From an uncultured Spirochaetota bacterium (GTDB lineage: Bacteria; Spirochaetota; Spirochaetia; SZUA-6; CAVTHK01): a stretch of 64,000 nucleotides of DNA. The DNA is taken from NCBI GenBank assembly GCA_963734495.1, contig CAVTHK010000001.1, positions 128,001-192,000 on the forward strand, in the 5' to 3' direction. Shown here in pieces: positions 10,493 to 21,407 of the stretch (positions are counted from its first letter, which is position 1; every line of letters begins with the position of its first letter). The notes under the pieces were generated by a model, which searched no databases, was not told the DNA's origin, and worked only from the letters and a program-made list of their open reading frames with translations. The translations under genes and the position numbers were made by a program.

Positions 10493-12016
10493 CTACCTCC
10501 TCAGGGCGCGGTCGAGCTCCGCCTGCTTCGCAGCAAGGAGCCGCGGCATCCCCAGCCCGTTGATGCGTTCGGCGTAGTCGGCGAAGCTCTCGAGCGGCTG
10601 CGCGCCCGTCGCGATCTTCACCGTCATCTCCTCCACGAGAGCGGCCGCTTTCGGAAGCACGTCGGCCTCCAGCGCCGCCTCGCCGCCCGCCGGCCACAGC
10701 GGCGGCAGCGCGTGATCGGCGGTCGCCGCCCGGCTCCAGAGCCGCTGCGCCTCGGCGAGACCCGGCGAGCCGGCGATCGCCGGCAGGCGGGCGCGCCAGC
10801 CCTCCGTGTCGAACCGGCCGAACAGCGTGAGCCTGGCGTCGAACCTCCGCTGCAGGAGGCTGCCCTGGTCGCTGTACCAGAAGTCGACCCACAGGGCGGA
10901 GACCTTCAGCTTTGCGTTCTTTGCGCCGAGGGCGAGCCAGCGGCCGCCGATGACTCCCGCCGCCGCTTCGTTCGCCCCGAGCAGGGCGAGCTCTCCCGCG
11001 GTCTTGACCGGCGGAGCCAAGGCCACGATCGCTGCCTTCGGCTCACGGGCCCTGAGGGCGGCAGCGAGACGCGGCATCGCGTCGGCGCTCGCGACCCAGG
11101 CGGCAGCCTTCCCCTGGACGATCCTGGACTCCGAGGTGCGGAGGTCGACGGTCCCGAAGTCGGCGTTGACCAGCCCGTCCTTGACCCAGGCCGCGAGGAG
11201 GGCGAGGAAGTCCCGGAAGCCCGGCTGGAGCGGCCCGTAGCCGACGCGGCCGTCGGTCTGGAAAAAGCCGAACGACGCGCCGTGGCCGCTCGCGAACAGG
11301 TGAGTCAGCTCCAGGTCGGAGAGGCGCAGGAGGAGCGGGGTGTCGATCCCCCGCTCCTTCTTGATGAGACGAAGGGCTGCGTCCCAGTCGTCCATCGTGT
11401 CGAGCCGGCTGATCTTGAGGCGCTCGAGGATGTCGCCTCTCGCCGCGAGCCCCTCGGTCGCTCCGATCGCCAGCGCCGTCTCCGGGTCCGCGCTCCAGGC
11501 GAGGAGCGGGAAGCCGTAGTAGTACCCTTCATCGGTGCGCAGCGCCCGGGCGCGCGAGGGAGCGCGCGCCAGCATCGTCCGGTAGTCCGGCATCCACGTC
11601 TCGATCACGTCGTTGAGCGGCACGATGAGCTCGTCCGCGATCGCGCGCGAAGGCCCGCCCGGGTACCGGGTCCAGTCGGTCAGGATCGTGTCCGGCAGGC
11701 TGCCGGAAGCGGCGAGCGCCGCGAGCGCGGCCGCCTCGCCGGCCGCGGGCGGATGAACGAAGCGGACGGTGACGCCGGTGCGCCTCACCGCCTCGCGGAA
11801 CAGCGGCGACTCGGCGAGGTTGCTCACGCCGGCCGCGGCGGGAAGAGGCGTCCACAGCGAGATCGTGACGGGGGCGGCCGAGATCGGGAGCCGGAGCTCT
11901 TCGACCCGGTCGGTGACCTCGAAGCGGGCATCGCCCGGCTTCTCGCGCGCCCCGCCCGCGTAGACGCCTCGGCTCGCGGCCAGCAGCAGGAGCAGCGCAG
12001 CGGCGACGGCTCTCAT
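10493..12016 (-). CDS. Divergent solute-binding protein paralogue
   Basis: Signal peptide; ASGSLPD, YPGGPSRAIAD, TDEGYYYGFP, VKIATGAQP resemble the other two SBPs. Confidence 0.8.
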   Translation of the reverse strand: MRAVAAALLLLLAASRGVYAGGAREKPGDARFEVTDRVEELRLPISAAPVTISLWTPLPAAAGVSNLAESPLFREAVRRTGVTVRFVHPPAAGEAAALAALAASGSLPDTILTDWTRYPGGPSRAIADELIVPLNDVIETWMPDYRTMLARAPSRARALRTDEGYYYGFPLLAWSADPETALAIGATEGLAARGDILERLKISRLDTMDDWDAALRLIKKERGIDTPLLLRLSDLELTHLFASGHGASFGFFQTDGRVGYGPLQPGFRDFLALLAAWVKDGLVNADFGTVDLRTSESRIVQGKAAAWVASADAMPRLAAALRAREPKAAIVALAPPVKTAGELALLGANEAAAGVIGGRWLALGAKNAKLKVSALWVDFWYSDQGSLLQRRFDARLTLFGRFDTEGWRARLPAIAGSPGLAEAQRLWSRAATADHALPPLWPAGGEAALEADVLPKAAALVEEMTVKIATGAQPLESFADYAERINGLGMPRLLAAKQAELDRALRR

Positions 12017-12059
12017 GATCGCCTCCCGGGTAAGCTATCGCCCCTCGCCCGCGTTCGCG

Positions 12060-12689
12060 TCAAGGCGCGGGGCCGGCCGCCCGGGCGCCCACGGCTGCGA
12101 GGATTTTCGCGCCGAACTCGGAGGCGCTCTGCGGCCCCGAGCCGGTGATGACTTTCCCGGCGGCCACGACGGGCGCGTCGAGGTATTCGGCGCCCCGGCC
12201 CCGGATCTCCGCGACGACGGCCGGGTCGGGATAGCAGGTCGCCTTCCTGCCCGCCAGCACTCCGGCGCGCGCCAGCGCTCCGGGGGCGAGGCAGATCGCG
12301 GCCACCACCTTCTTCCTGCGGTCCGCGTCGATCACCAGGGCGCGCAGGTCGGCGTTGTCCCAGAGGTGACGGGCAGCGCCCATCCCGCCCACGATGACGA
12401 CGGCGTCGAGACGGCCGGCTGAAAGCTCGCGGATCGCCAGGTCGGGCCGGACCGTCATCCCGGCGTGGCTGACCGCCTCGCTCCTGCTCGTGCAGGCAAG
12501 CGTCACCCGGGCGCCCCCGCGCTCCAGGACGCTCCGCGTGACGGAGTACTCCTGATCGTCGAAGTCCGCGGGCGCCACGATCATCGCGACCCGCGGGCGC
12601 GGGGCGCCGCCGAGGGGACGCCGGTCGCACGCCGCCACGGCGAGCAGCAGCCAGGCGCAGCTCAACGAGGTAAGGAACGTCTTGAACAC
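12060..12689 (-). CDS. DJ-1/PfpI family protein with probable lipoprotein signal
   Basis: FDDQEY, VGGMGA, AAICLAP (nucleophile Cys), ITGSGP; N-terminal LLLAVAAC. Confidence 0.85.
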   Translation of the reverse strand: MFKTFLTSLSCAWLLLAVAACDRRPLGGAPRPRVAMIVAPADFDDQEYSVTRSVLERGGARVTLACTSRSEAVSHAGMTVRPDLAIRELSAGRLDAVVIVGGMGAARHLWDNADLRALVIDADRRKKVVAAICLAPGALARAGVLAGRKATCYPDPAVVAEIRGRGAEYLDAPVVAAGKVITGSGPQSASEFGAKILAAVGARAAGPAP

Positions 12690-12859
12690 ATGCCGCCTCC
12701 GGCGATCGAGCCGGCATCCAGCAGATCACGAAAGCGGGCGGCGTTCAATGCCGTTCAGGAGCGACGCGGCGGCGGTCGGGCCGCCCGGCCGCGCCACGCC
12801 ACGCGCCCCGCCGCGCGCCACGCTTGATCAATCGACCATTATTGCTGACTTTATGCACC

Positions 12860-13633
12860 GTGGACGACGGACAGCTGTACGGGCGGGCGCGCGCCCTGCT
12901 TCTCAGGGAAGCGGCCTTTGTCGCGCAATCGTCGCCGAGCAGCCGCGCGCTGGAGCTGCCCGGCATCCATGGCTCAATCGTCCCATCGGCGCCCGACCGG
13001 TCCATCCTCAACTGTGTGATCTACGACCGCCTCGAGTCCCTGGTCCGAAGCCACGACGCCGTCGCTGCCGCTTACCTCGAGGCCGGCGTCCGCGCCTGGG
13101 CCGTCTGGACCGACGCCGGCGACCGGGACGCCGCCGCGGAGCTCGCGGCCCGCGGCTACAAGCTGGACGCGGAGCCGATCGCGATGGCGGCCGAGATCGG
13201 CGCGCTGACGCTTCCCCCCCTCGACGGACTCGCGTGGTCGATGACGCGCGCCCTCGCCCTGGTGGGGAGAATCAACGACGCCGCCTACGGGCTGCCTCCC
13301 CCCGCCTTCGAGGCGTCGATGACGAGGTGGCCCGCGTCCGCCTCGCGGTGGTTCGCCTGCAGCGCGGAGCTGGACGGCCGACCCGCCTGCGTGCTGATGT
13401 TCGACCTGTCCGAGGATGGCGATTGCGGCGTCACGCACGTCGCGACGCTGCCGGAGGCCCGCGGGCGCGGCCTCGCCACGCGCCTGCTCGCCGCGGCGCT
13501 GCGCGAGGCGGCGCGGCGCGGCGCGGTCACGACGTCGCTGCAGGCCAGCCCGCTGGGCAGCGGAGTCTACCGGAGGCTGGGATACCGGGACCTCGGCACC
13601 ATGGGCATGTGGGAGTGGCGCAAGCCCGCGTGA
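12860..13633 (+). CDS. GNAT family N-acetyltransferase (start uncertain)
   Basis: VATLPEARGRGLAT acetyl-CoA motif A; LQASPLGSGVYRRLGY. Confidence 0.85.
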   Translation: MDDGQLYGRARALLLREAAFVAQSSPSSRALELPGIHGSIVPSAPDRSILNCVIYDRLESLVRSHDAVAAAYLEAGVRAWAVWTDAGDRDAAAELAARGYKLDAEPIAMAAEIGALTLPPLDGLAWSMTRALALVGRINDAAYGLPPPAFEASMTRWPASASRWFACSAELDGRPACVLMFDLSEDGDCGVTHVATLPEARGRGLATRLLAAALREAARRGAVTTSLQASPLGSGVYRRLGYRDLGTMGMWEWRKPA

Positions 13634-13801
13634 CGATCGCGGAAGCGGGACTCTCGGCCTCGCCGCCGCCGTGGCGGGGACGGTGACCTTCAATTTCCTC
13701 TGGATCCTGTTCGCTGGAAGGGTGATCGGTTCGGGCGGGATGCCGGGGGCGGGCGCCGCGCGGCCTCGGGCCCGCCGCGGGGGCGGGCCGGGGCGCGCGC
13801 T

Positions 13802-14296
13802 TTAGCGGGCGAGGAGCTTCGAGCCGCGCGAGCGGAGCGTCGCGAGGCGCTTGCGCACGCCGGAGACGGAAAGCCCCGCGCGAGACGCGGTCTCCTCGAG
13901 GGGCGCCCCTTCGATCCAGCGGGCCTCGGCGATCGCCCTCGTGTCCGGCTTTTCCCCGCTGAACAGCTGATCGAGCAGCGACTTCTCGACGACGCGCGAC
14001 TCGGGGTCGTCGGTCCCGGCGACGTTGAGGATGAGCTCGCCGGCGGGGGTGCTCGGCCTGCGCCTGCGCGAGCGCAGCATGTTCAGCGACGTGTTGGTCG
14101 CGATGCGGTACATCAGGCTGGACGGGTAGTCGGCGCTCAGCCGGTCGCGGCGGCGCAGGATCTGCACAAAGGACTCCTGCATGGCGTCCAGCGCGTCTCC
14201 CTCGTCCCTGAGGAGGGACCGACATCGGCGCAGCACCATCGGCCCGTAGCGCCGGTAGATGGCCTCGACATCCAAAACGTTTCGGGAGTCAGTCAT
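13802..14296 (-). CDS. ECF sigma-70 factor
   Basis: IYRRYGPMVLRRCRSLL, DAMQESF, YRIATNTSLN (region 2); region 4 EETASRAGLSVSGVRKRL. Confidence 0.85.
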   Translation of the reverse strand: MTDSRNVLDVEAIYRRYGPMVLRRCRSLLRDEGDALDAMQESFVQILRRRDRLSADYPSSLMYRIATNTSLNMLRSRRRRPSTPAGELILNVAGTDDPESRVVEKSLLDQLFSGEKPDTRAIAEARWIEGAPLEETASRAGLSVSGVRKRLATLRSRGSKLLAR

Positions 14297-14447
14297 GCCC
14301 GGGAACATACGCCGCCCGCCGCCCGGGGGCATCACCAAAATTAGTGATTTTGTCTTGGACAAATGAAGAAGGCGCCTGCCTCGCCCGCCGCGGCGGCAGC
14401 CGGCTCGTCGGGCTCGCCGCGCCGGGCGCCCGCGGCCCGCTCGGGGG

Positions 14448-17209
14448 CTACCGCAGCTCGACGAGGATCCGCGTGCCGGCCCCGGGCGCGCTCTCGATGC
14501 GCAGCGTACCGCCGAGCCGCTCCACGCGCTCCGCCATCCCGCGCAGGCCCAGCCCCCCGCCCCGGCGCGCCTCTTCGACGTCGAAACCCGCCCCGTCGTC
14601 GCCGATCTCGAGCCGGGTGAGGCGCTCCTCGAAGCGGAGGCGGACCGTCACCTGGCGCGCTCGCGCGTGCTTGAGGACGTTGTTCAGCGCCTCCTGCGCG
14701 ACCTGGTACAGCTCCCGCGCGACCGCGGGCGGCAGGCGCTCGGTCCCCTCCGTCTCGAAGGTTACAGCCGTCCCGCCGCGCGTCTCCACCGAGTCCAGCC
14801 TCGTCTGGAGGGCGGCGGCGAGGCCGCCCTGGCTCAGAGCCGGCGGGCTCAGCTGGAAGATGAGCAGGCGCATCTCGCGCAGCGCGTCCTGAGCGGTGGC
14901 CCGCAGCTCCCGCAGGTGCCCGACGGCGTTTGCGCTGTCGCCCGCCTCCAGCATCCGCGCGACCGCCTCGGCGTACAGCGTCACGCTGTACAGGGACTGC
15001 GTCACCGAATCGTGCAGGTCGCGGGCGAGCCGGCTGCGCTCGGCGAAGGCGGCCGACTGCTCGGCCTGGGCGCGAAGGCGCGCGTTCTCGATGGCGAGCG
15101 CCGCCTGGTCCGCGACTCCCATCGCGAGCTGGATCTCCTCGTCGGAAAACTCCCGGGCCCTGCGGTAGTAGAGCGTGATCCCGCCGTAGTCCTCGTCCTT
15201 GACGACCAGCGGCACCGAGAGCATCGCGTGGTAGCCGCGGGCGACCATGAGCTCGAGGCTCTTCTTCTCTTCGTCGAACATCGCTTCCGCGGACGGGCCT
15301 GTGCCGGCGAGGAACGCGGTCGCGTCGGCGATGACCAGCGGGCGCCGCTCCGCGAGCGCCCTCCCCGCCCCTCCCTTTCCGGGCGAAAAGCTGATGCTGG
15401 CCACGTACTCGGGGTCCAGGCCCCAGGCGGACTGGATGCGCATCGGCCCGTCCGGGCTCTCCTGGCGCAGCAGCGACGCCGCGTCGCTGCCCATGAGCCG
15501 GCTCGCCTGCGAGACGATGAAGCCCAGGGTCTGCTCGAGGGAGTGGTCCGAGTTCAGCACCGCCAGGGTCTCGCGCATCCCCTCGGCCACCGTCCGCCGC
15601 CGCTCGTCCTCCTCGTGGCGCGCGCGCTCGAGGCGGTAGAGACGGGCATTCTCGACCGCCAGCCCGACCTGGCGGCCGATCGCCAGAAGCAGCGAAGACT
15701 CCTCCGGGCTGAGCGAGCGCTCGGCGCGCGTGCACGCCAGGATTCCGCCCTGAAGCCTTCCCTTGGCGGTCACCGGCACAAAGATGAACAGCCGCAGCCC
15801 TTCGGCCTCCATGTGCCGCCTGAGCTCCCCGTCGGGGTAGTCGCGGACGGCCAGGCTGAGGAGCGTCTCCGCGGGATCGCCGCCGTCGACCGGGATCGCC
15901 GCGAGCGGCAGCAGCGACACGGACCGCGCGAACCGCACGGGGAGCCCCCTCTGTGCCATCATCACCAGCGTGTGCTCGTCGAGGCGGTAGGCCGCTCCGG
16001 CTTCGACGCTCACGGCGTCCGTCGTCTTCTCCAGCGCGGCGCTCATGATCTCGCCGAGGTCCAGGGAGCGGCTCACCACGTCCGCGAGGGAATTGAGCAC
16101 CGCCAGCTCGCGGGTGCGCTCGCTCACCCGCTGCTCGAGCATCTCGTAAGCCGCGCGCAGCTCCGCCTGCGTCCGCCTGCGCTCGGTCACGTCGGTGTGC
16201 GCGCCCACCATGCGCGTCGCCCTGCCGGCCGCATCCCTCAGGGCGATGCCGCGCGCGAGGATCCAGCGGTAGGTGCCGTCCTTGTGCCGCAGGCGGTGCT
16301 CCAGCTCGAAGACGGGCTTGCGGCCCTGGAGGTAGGCGTCGACCTCGGCGAGGGCGTGCTCGACGTCGTCGGGGTGGAGCAGGGCCTGCCACGACGCGAA
16401 GACGTTCGCGATCTCGTCCTCGCCGTAGCCGAGCATGCTCTTCCAGCGCGGCGAGAAGTAGACTTCGTCGGTGGCGAGGTTCCAGTCCCAGATCCCGTCG
16501 TTGGTCCCCCGCATGACCAGGCCGAGCCTCTCCTCGCGCTCGCGCAGGCGCCCGGCGAGCAGCTCGAGGTCCGAGGCGGCCTTGCGGCTCGCCGTCAGCG
16601 TGCGGATGTGCAGCGCATAGAAGCGCTCCACGAGCACGACCAGGGTGAAGACGAGGATCGCCAGCGCCCCGGCGGCTTCGGCCCACATGTCCGGCGCGAG
16701 CGAGTTGGATCGCTCCGTGAGCCACCGCTCCAGAAAACCGGTGCGGGCGAGCACGGTGAAAGCGCTGAACGCCGCCAGGCTTGCGGCGGCCGCGGCATAG
16801 CCCGCGCGCGGGTCCGATGAGGATCGTGGCGATCGACGGCAGGATGACCAGGAAGAGCCGGCCGCTGCCCAGGAGCCCGAGCCGCGCCATGCTGGCCGAA
16901 GCGTTGATGTAGGCCGCGATGAGGAAAGCCCAGGCGCGGAAGCTCCCGCTCGAGTCGAGGCACGGCGGCCAGGACCACGAACACGGCATAGGTGGCCGCG
17001 TAGACCCACAGGAGCGGCGAGCCGTTGCCGGAGATCAGCGCCCCGGCAACCATAAAGCCGTAGGTCGGGACGCCGGCGACCGCCACGACCAGGAGGAGGA
17101 GCCAGGCGGCGCGCGCCCTCCAGCCCTCGAGCTCGGCCTTTATGTCCAGCGGGGTCGCGGAGACCTGGTCTGCGAGCTCGGCTGGGTCTGCGGGGATCGG
17201 GGCGCTCAC
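14448..17209 (-). CDS. Membrane sensor histidine kinase (TM-PAS-GAF-GAF-HisKA_3-HATPase), N-terminal frameshifts
   Basis: DGIWDWNL...YFSPRWKSMLGY PAS; two GAF domains ending AVENARL and AIENARL; ERSRLARDLHDSVTQ; EALNNVLKHA; GLGLRGMAER; indels near 16950 and 16810. Confidence 0.88.
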
Positions 17210-17291
17210 GGGACACTCAATCTATGACGTCGCGGGAAGCGGCGCAAGCAGTCCGCTCGATGCCGGTCGGCACGCGCGGCGGCGCCCGCGG

Positions 17292-17645
17292 TCAGAGCAG
17301 CGAAGAGAGGACGGACATCACCCGGTCAGGAGGCTCCCACTTGGCCACGAACGCGTCGGCTCCCGCGGCCAGCGCCTGCCGGACAGCAGGCGAGCGTCGA
17401 CGGTCAGGACGAGGATCTTGATCTCGGGCCACCGGGACCTGATCTCGCGCGCGGCCTCGATGCCGTCGAGGCTCCGGCATGCGGACGTCGAGGATCACGA
17501 GCCCGGGCCGGGTCTCGCCCGCGAGCGCGACGGCCTCGATGCCCGTCGCCGCTTCCAGGATCTCCGCGTCGGGATGCGTGGCCGCCACGAGCGCCTTGAG
17601 GCTCTGGCGCGCGTGTTTCTGGTCGTCGGCGATGAGGATGCGCAA
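17292..17645 (-). CDS. Single-domain response regulator (receiver only), local frameshifts
   Basis: ILIADD, ILDVRMP, AGADAFVAK. Confidence 0.75.
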   Translation of the reverse strand: MRILIADDQKHARQSLKALVAATHPDAEILEAATGIEAVALAGETRPGLVILDVRMPEPRRHRGRARDQVPVARDQDPRPDRRRSPAVRQALAAGADAFVAKWEPPDRVMSVLSSLL

Positions 17646-17732
17646 GCTTTCGTGCTCCTGCGGTCCTCATACAATGCCGCGGCGGGGCCGCCGCCGCCAT
17701 CGCCAAAAAGAGGGATTTCGAGACTCTGTCTG

Positions 17733-18436
17733 CTAAGGACGCGTGACACGCGCCCCGCGGCCTCTACTCCTCGGGGTCGGAACGTCGTCGAGCGAGGCGA
17801 GCCCGGAGCGCAGCGCGTAGAGCGCGGCCTGCGTGCGGCTGGCGAGCTGGAGCTTGCCGAGGATGTTGCTCACGTGCGTGCGCACGGTCCACTCGGCGAC
17901 AAAGATCTTCGTCGCGATCTCCTTGTTGCTCATGCCCTGCGCGATCAGGCGGAGCACGTCCACTCTCGCGGGCGGTCAGCGGGTCGGTCGTGGGCTTCGC
18001 GCCCAGGCGGATGGGAGAGCTCCTGCAGCACCTTGCGCGCGATCTCCGGCTGCAGGGACGGCTCGCCCCGGTGCACCCGGCGTATGGCTTCGAGGAGCTC
18101 CTCGGGGCCCGAGTCCTTGAGCAGGTATCCCAGCGCGCCGGCCTTGACCGCCGGGAACACCTTGTCGTCGGCGGCGAAGCTGGTGAGCACCAGCACGCGC
18201 GTGCCGGGGCAGGTCTGCGTGATCTGACGGGTGGCCTCGATGCCGTCCATTCGCGGCATCACGAGGTCCATGAGCACGACGTCCGGCTTGAGCGCCGCGG
18301 CCTTGGACACCGCTTCCGATCCGTCGCGCGCCTCGTCCACGACCTTGATGTCCTTCTCGGTGGCGAGGAGCACGGCGAGGCCTTTGCGGACGATCTCGTG
18401 GTCGTCGGTGATCAGGACGCGGATGGCTCCCTTCAA
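17733..18436 (-). CDS. NarL/LuxR-family response regulator, frameshift near 17965
   Basis: TDDHEIVRKG, LMDLVMP, GYLLKD; LuxR HTH GMSNKEIA...TVRTHVSNILGKL. Confidence 0.88.
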
Positions 18437-18664
18437 CGTTCACTCCTGTGACAGTGTCCGATTATAGCCGTGCGGCCACTGTCCGCGCAAACGAGCACCT
18501 GCGCCGCTCTGCGCCGCGCTCCGCAGCCGGCCGACGGGCAACACGGTCGAGGGGGATGCGTCTCGCACGAATGTGGCAGCGCGGTGCCGGCAAGAACACC
18601 ACCTTTTCGCGATGATGCGCGGCCCGCGCACCTGGCAGAATGCGTCCGTACAGGAGGAGGATCC

Positions 18665-19375
18665 ATGATGAAAGTGGTCGGCGTCATCAGCAGCGCGAGG
18701 TCCCAGGGCAGCAGCGCGGCGCTCCTGCGCGAGGCGCTTCGAGGCGCGGAAGAGGCGGGGGCCGAGGTCAGCGAGCTGTTCCTGCCGCGGTATCGCATCG
18801 ACTTCTGCAACGGCTGCGGCGCCTGTCTCGCGGCGGGCCGCTGCGCGATCGCGGACGACTTCGAGACGGTCAAGGCCGCTCTCAAGGATGCCGACGGCAT
18901 CATCCTGAGCTCGCCGACCTACGGGAGCGCGCCGTGCGCGCGCATCAAGAACCTGTTCGACCGCCTCGGCCAGCTCGCGTTTCTCTCGTCGTTCGTGGGC
19001 GGAAAGTACGTCGCTGCGATCGCCACGGCGGGCAGCTTCGGCGTCGGCAAGACCGCCAGGGAGATCGCGGCGATTTCGCAGGCCTCGGTGCTGCAGCGCG
19101 CGCGCGTGTCGGGCACTCTCGGCGTGAAGCTTCACGGCAGGCACGCGTCCGAGCTCCCGGCGGAGCTCGCCAAAGCCCGGGCCCTGGGCCGAAAGGTGGC
19201 GCTCGATATCAGGCGCCGCAGCCCCTATCCCCTGCAGGGCCTCGCGACGCGACTCCTGTACGCGCTCGCCATCGGCCCCGCCATCCGAAAGTACATCGTC
19301 GAGAATCGCGGCGGAAAGTTGAAAGGGGTCTACGACGAGCTCGTCCGGAAAGGGACCCTGGCGCCCGCGGCCTGA
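18665..19375 (+). CDS. Iron-sulfur flavoprotein / flavodoxin-family protein
   Basis: GGAGG RBS; SSARSQGSS FMN loop, CNGCGAC-x5-C, DGIILSSPTY. Confidence 0.85.
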   Translation: MMKVVGVISSARSQGSSAALLREALRGAEEAGAEVSELFLPRYRIDFCNGCGACLAAGRCAIADDFETVKAALKDADGIILSSPTYGSAPCARIKNLFDRLGQLAFLSSFVGGKYVAAIATAGSFGVGKTAREIAAISQASVLQRARVSGTLGVKLHGRHASELPAELAKARALGRKVALDIRRRSPYPLQGLATRLLYALAIGPAIRKYIVENRGGKLKGVYDELVRKGTLAPAA

Positions 19376-19423
19376 GGCCGCGGCCGGACGGGCGGATCGA
19401 TGCCGGCCCGGCGGCCCGCGGTT

Positions 19424-19852
19424 CTACTTCCGGCGCGCCCGCAGCAGCAGGACCGGCACGTCGACCGAGTGCCGGACCTTCCTCGCGGTGCTCCCGTAGA
19501 TCAGGTCGCTCAGGAACCGGTGCCCGTGCGTGGACATGGCGATCAGGTCCACGCGCTTCTCGCGAACCAGCTTGACGATCTCGTCGGCGGGCTCGCCCAT
19601 CGCGAGGTGATACTCCACCTCGAAGCCTTCAGAGCGCAGCTCCGCGGCCCGCTGCTCGAGGTAGGCGCGGTCCTGCTTGATCTCCTCGCCCTCGACCAGG
19701 TTCAGCCTGTCGTAGTTCCGCGCGACCCAGCCGTCGGCGACGTGGACGAGCACGAGCGTCGCACCCGTCAGTCTGGCCAGGCCGCGGATGTGGGCGAGGA
19801 TCGCGCGATCGGTCGCGGTGTTTTCGAGCGGAACCAGGATCCTGCGATACAT
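19424..19852 (-). CDS. Universal stress protein
   Basis: MYRRILVPL, GEPADEIV, DLIAMSTHGH...GSTARKVRH. Confidence 0.92.
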   Translation of the reverse strand: MYRRILVPLENTATDRAILAHIRGLARLTGATLVLVHVADGWVARNYDRLNLVEGEEIKQDRAYLEQRAAELRSEGFEVEYHLAMGEPADEIVKLVREKRVDLIAMSTHGHRFLSDLIYGSTARKVRHSVDVPVLLLRARRK

Positions 19853-19984
19853 GCTGCCGCCTCCCCGCCTACGTGCGCGCCTCGCGAGCCTCGCGCGCGC
19901 CCGCGTCTCGCGCGCGCCCCGCCCCCGGCTCGGCGCTTACGCCCCCGCGCCCGCGCCCGCGCGCGCCCCGCCCCCGCGCCCGGG

Positions 19985-21373
19985 CTACCCCGCCAGCCTC
20001 GCCACCCAGCCCGTGAGCCCCGAGAAATCCGCGAGGTACTTCACGTTCAGGGCCACGATGGTCGCGGCCGCGGCCCAGGCCAGCGCCCTGAGCCAGGGCC
20101 GGGCGACGTGCTCCCCCATCTTCCTCCGGTCGCCGGTGAACCGGATCAGCGGGATCACCGCGAACGGGAGCTGGAGGCTGAGCACCACCTGGCTCAGCAC
20201 GAGCAACCGGGCGGTGCCGTGCTCCCCGTAGAGGCCGGTCACCACGGCGGCCGGGACGATCGCGAGCCCGCGAGTGATCAGCCGCCTCAGCCACGGCTTG
20301 AGGCGGATGTTGAGAAAGCCCTCCATCACGATCTGCCCGGCGAGCGTCCCCGTCAACGTGGAGTTCTGGCCCGACGCGAGCAGGGCCAGCGCGAACAGCG
20401 CGCTCGCGATCGGGACGCCGAGCATCGGCGAGAGCAGCTTGTAGGCATCGGAGATCTCCGCGACGTCGCTCTTGCCGCGCACGTGGAAGGCAGCGGCGGA
20501 GATGACCAGGATGGCGGCATTGATGAACAGCGCGAACATCAGCGCCGCGGTCGAATCGATCGTGGCGTACCGGACGGCCTCCCGCTTGCCCGCCGGCGTG
20601 CGCTCGAAGCTGCGCGTCTGAACGATCGACGAGTGAAGGTAGAGGTTGTGCGGCATCACGGTCGCCCCGAGGATCCCGATGGCCACATAGAGCATGTCGG
20701 TGTTGCGGAGGATCTCCAGCGTCGGCACGAACCCGCCGAGGACGCCGCGCAGTTCGGGCCGCGAGAACATGATCTCCAGCCCGAAGCAGACTCCGATCAG
20801 AGTGATCAGGCCGATGACCAGAGCCTCGATGTAGCGGAACCCCTTGTGCTGAAGGTACAACACCGCCAGCACGTCCAGCGACGTGAGCGAGACGCCCCAG
20901 ATCAGCGGCAGGCCGAACAGCAGGTTCAGCGCCACGGCCGAGCCGATGACCTCCGCCAGGTCGCACGCGCAGATCGCGATCTCGCACAGCACCCAGAGCG
21001 CGACCGAGACCGGGCGCGAGTAGGCGTCGCGGCATGCCTGCGCCAGGTCGCGTCCGGTCACGATCCCGAGCCTCGCGCACAGCGCCTGCAGGAGGATCGC
21101 CATCAGGTTGGAGACGAGGATGACCGACAGCAGGGTGTAGCCGAACGCCGACCCGCCGGCGAGGTCCGTGGCCCAGTTGCCCGGGTCCATGTAGCCGACG
21201 GCCACGAGGTAGCCGGGCCCGGCAAAGGCCAGCATCTTCTTCCAGAAGCCGGCGCCCCGCGGGATCGGTATCGTGTTGTGAACCTCGGCGAGGCTCGGGC
21301 GGCCGCCGGACGATCGCCACCCGCCCGCGTCGGCCTCTTCCGGGACGCGCTGCGCTTCGCTGCTCATGGTCAT
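19985..21373 (-). CDS. mntH: Nramp-family Mn2+/divalent metal transporter
   Basis: [43 protein letters not shown]. Confidence 0.95.
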   Translation of the reverse strand: MTMSSEAQRVPEEADAGGWRSSGGRPSLAEVHNTIPIPRGAGFWKKMLAFAGPGYLVAVGYMDPGNWATDLAGGSAFGYTLLSVILVSNLMAILLQALCARLGIVTGRDLAQACRDAYSRPVSVALWVLCEIAICACDLAEVIGSAVALNLLFGLPLIWGVSLTSLDVLAVLYLQHKGFRYIEALVIGLITLIGVCFGLEIMFSRPELRGVLGGFVPTLEILRNTDMLYVAIGILGATVMPHNLYLHSSIVQTRSFERTPAGKREAVRYATIDSTAALMFALFINAAILVISAAAFHVRGKSDVAEISDAYKLLSPMLGVPIASALFALALLASGQNSTLTGTLAGQIVMEGFLNIRLKPWLRRLITRGLAIVPAAVVTGLYGEHGTARLLVLSQVVLSLQLPFAVIPLIRFTGDRRKMGEHVARPWLRALAWAAAATIVALNVKYLADFSGLTGWVARLAG

Positions 21374-21407
21374 CTCCCGGGAGCGCCGACCGCCGGCGCC
21401 CGCTGCT

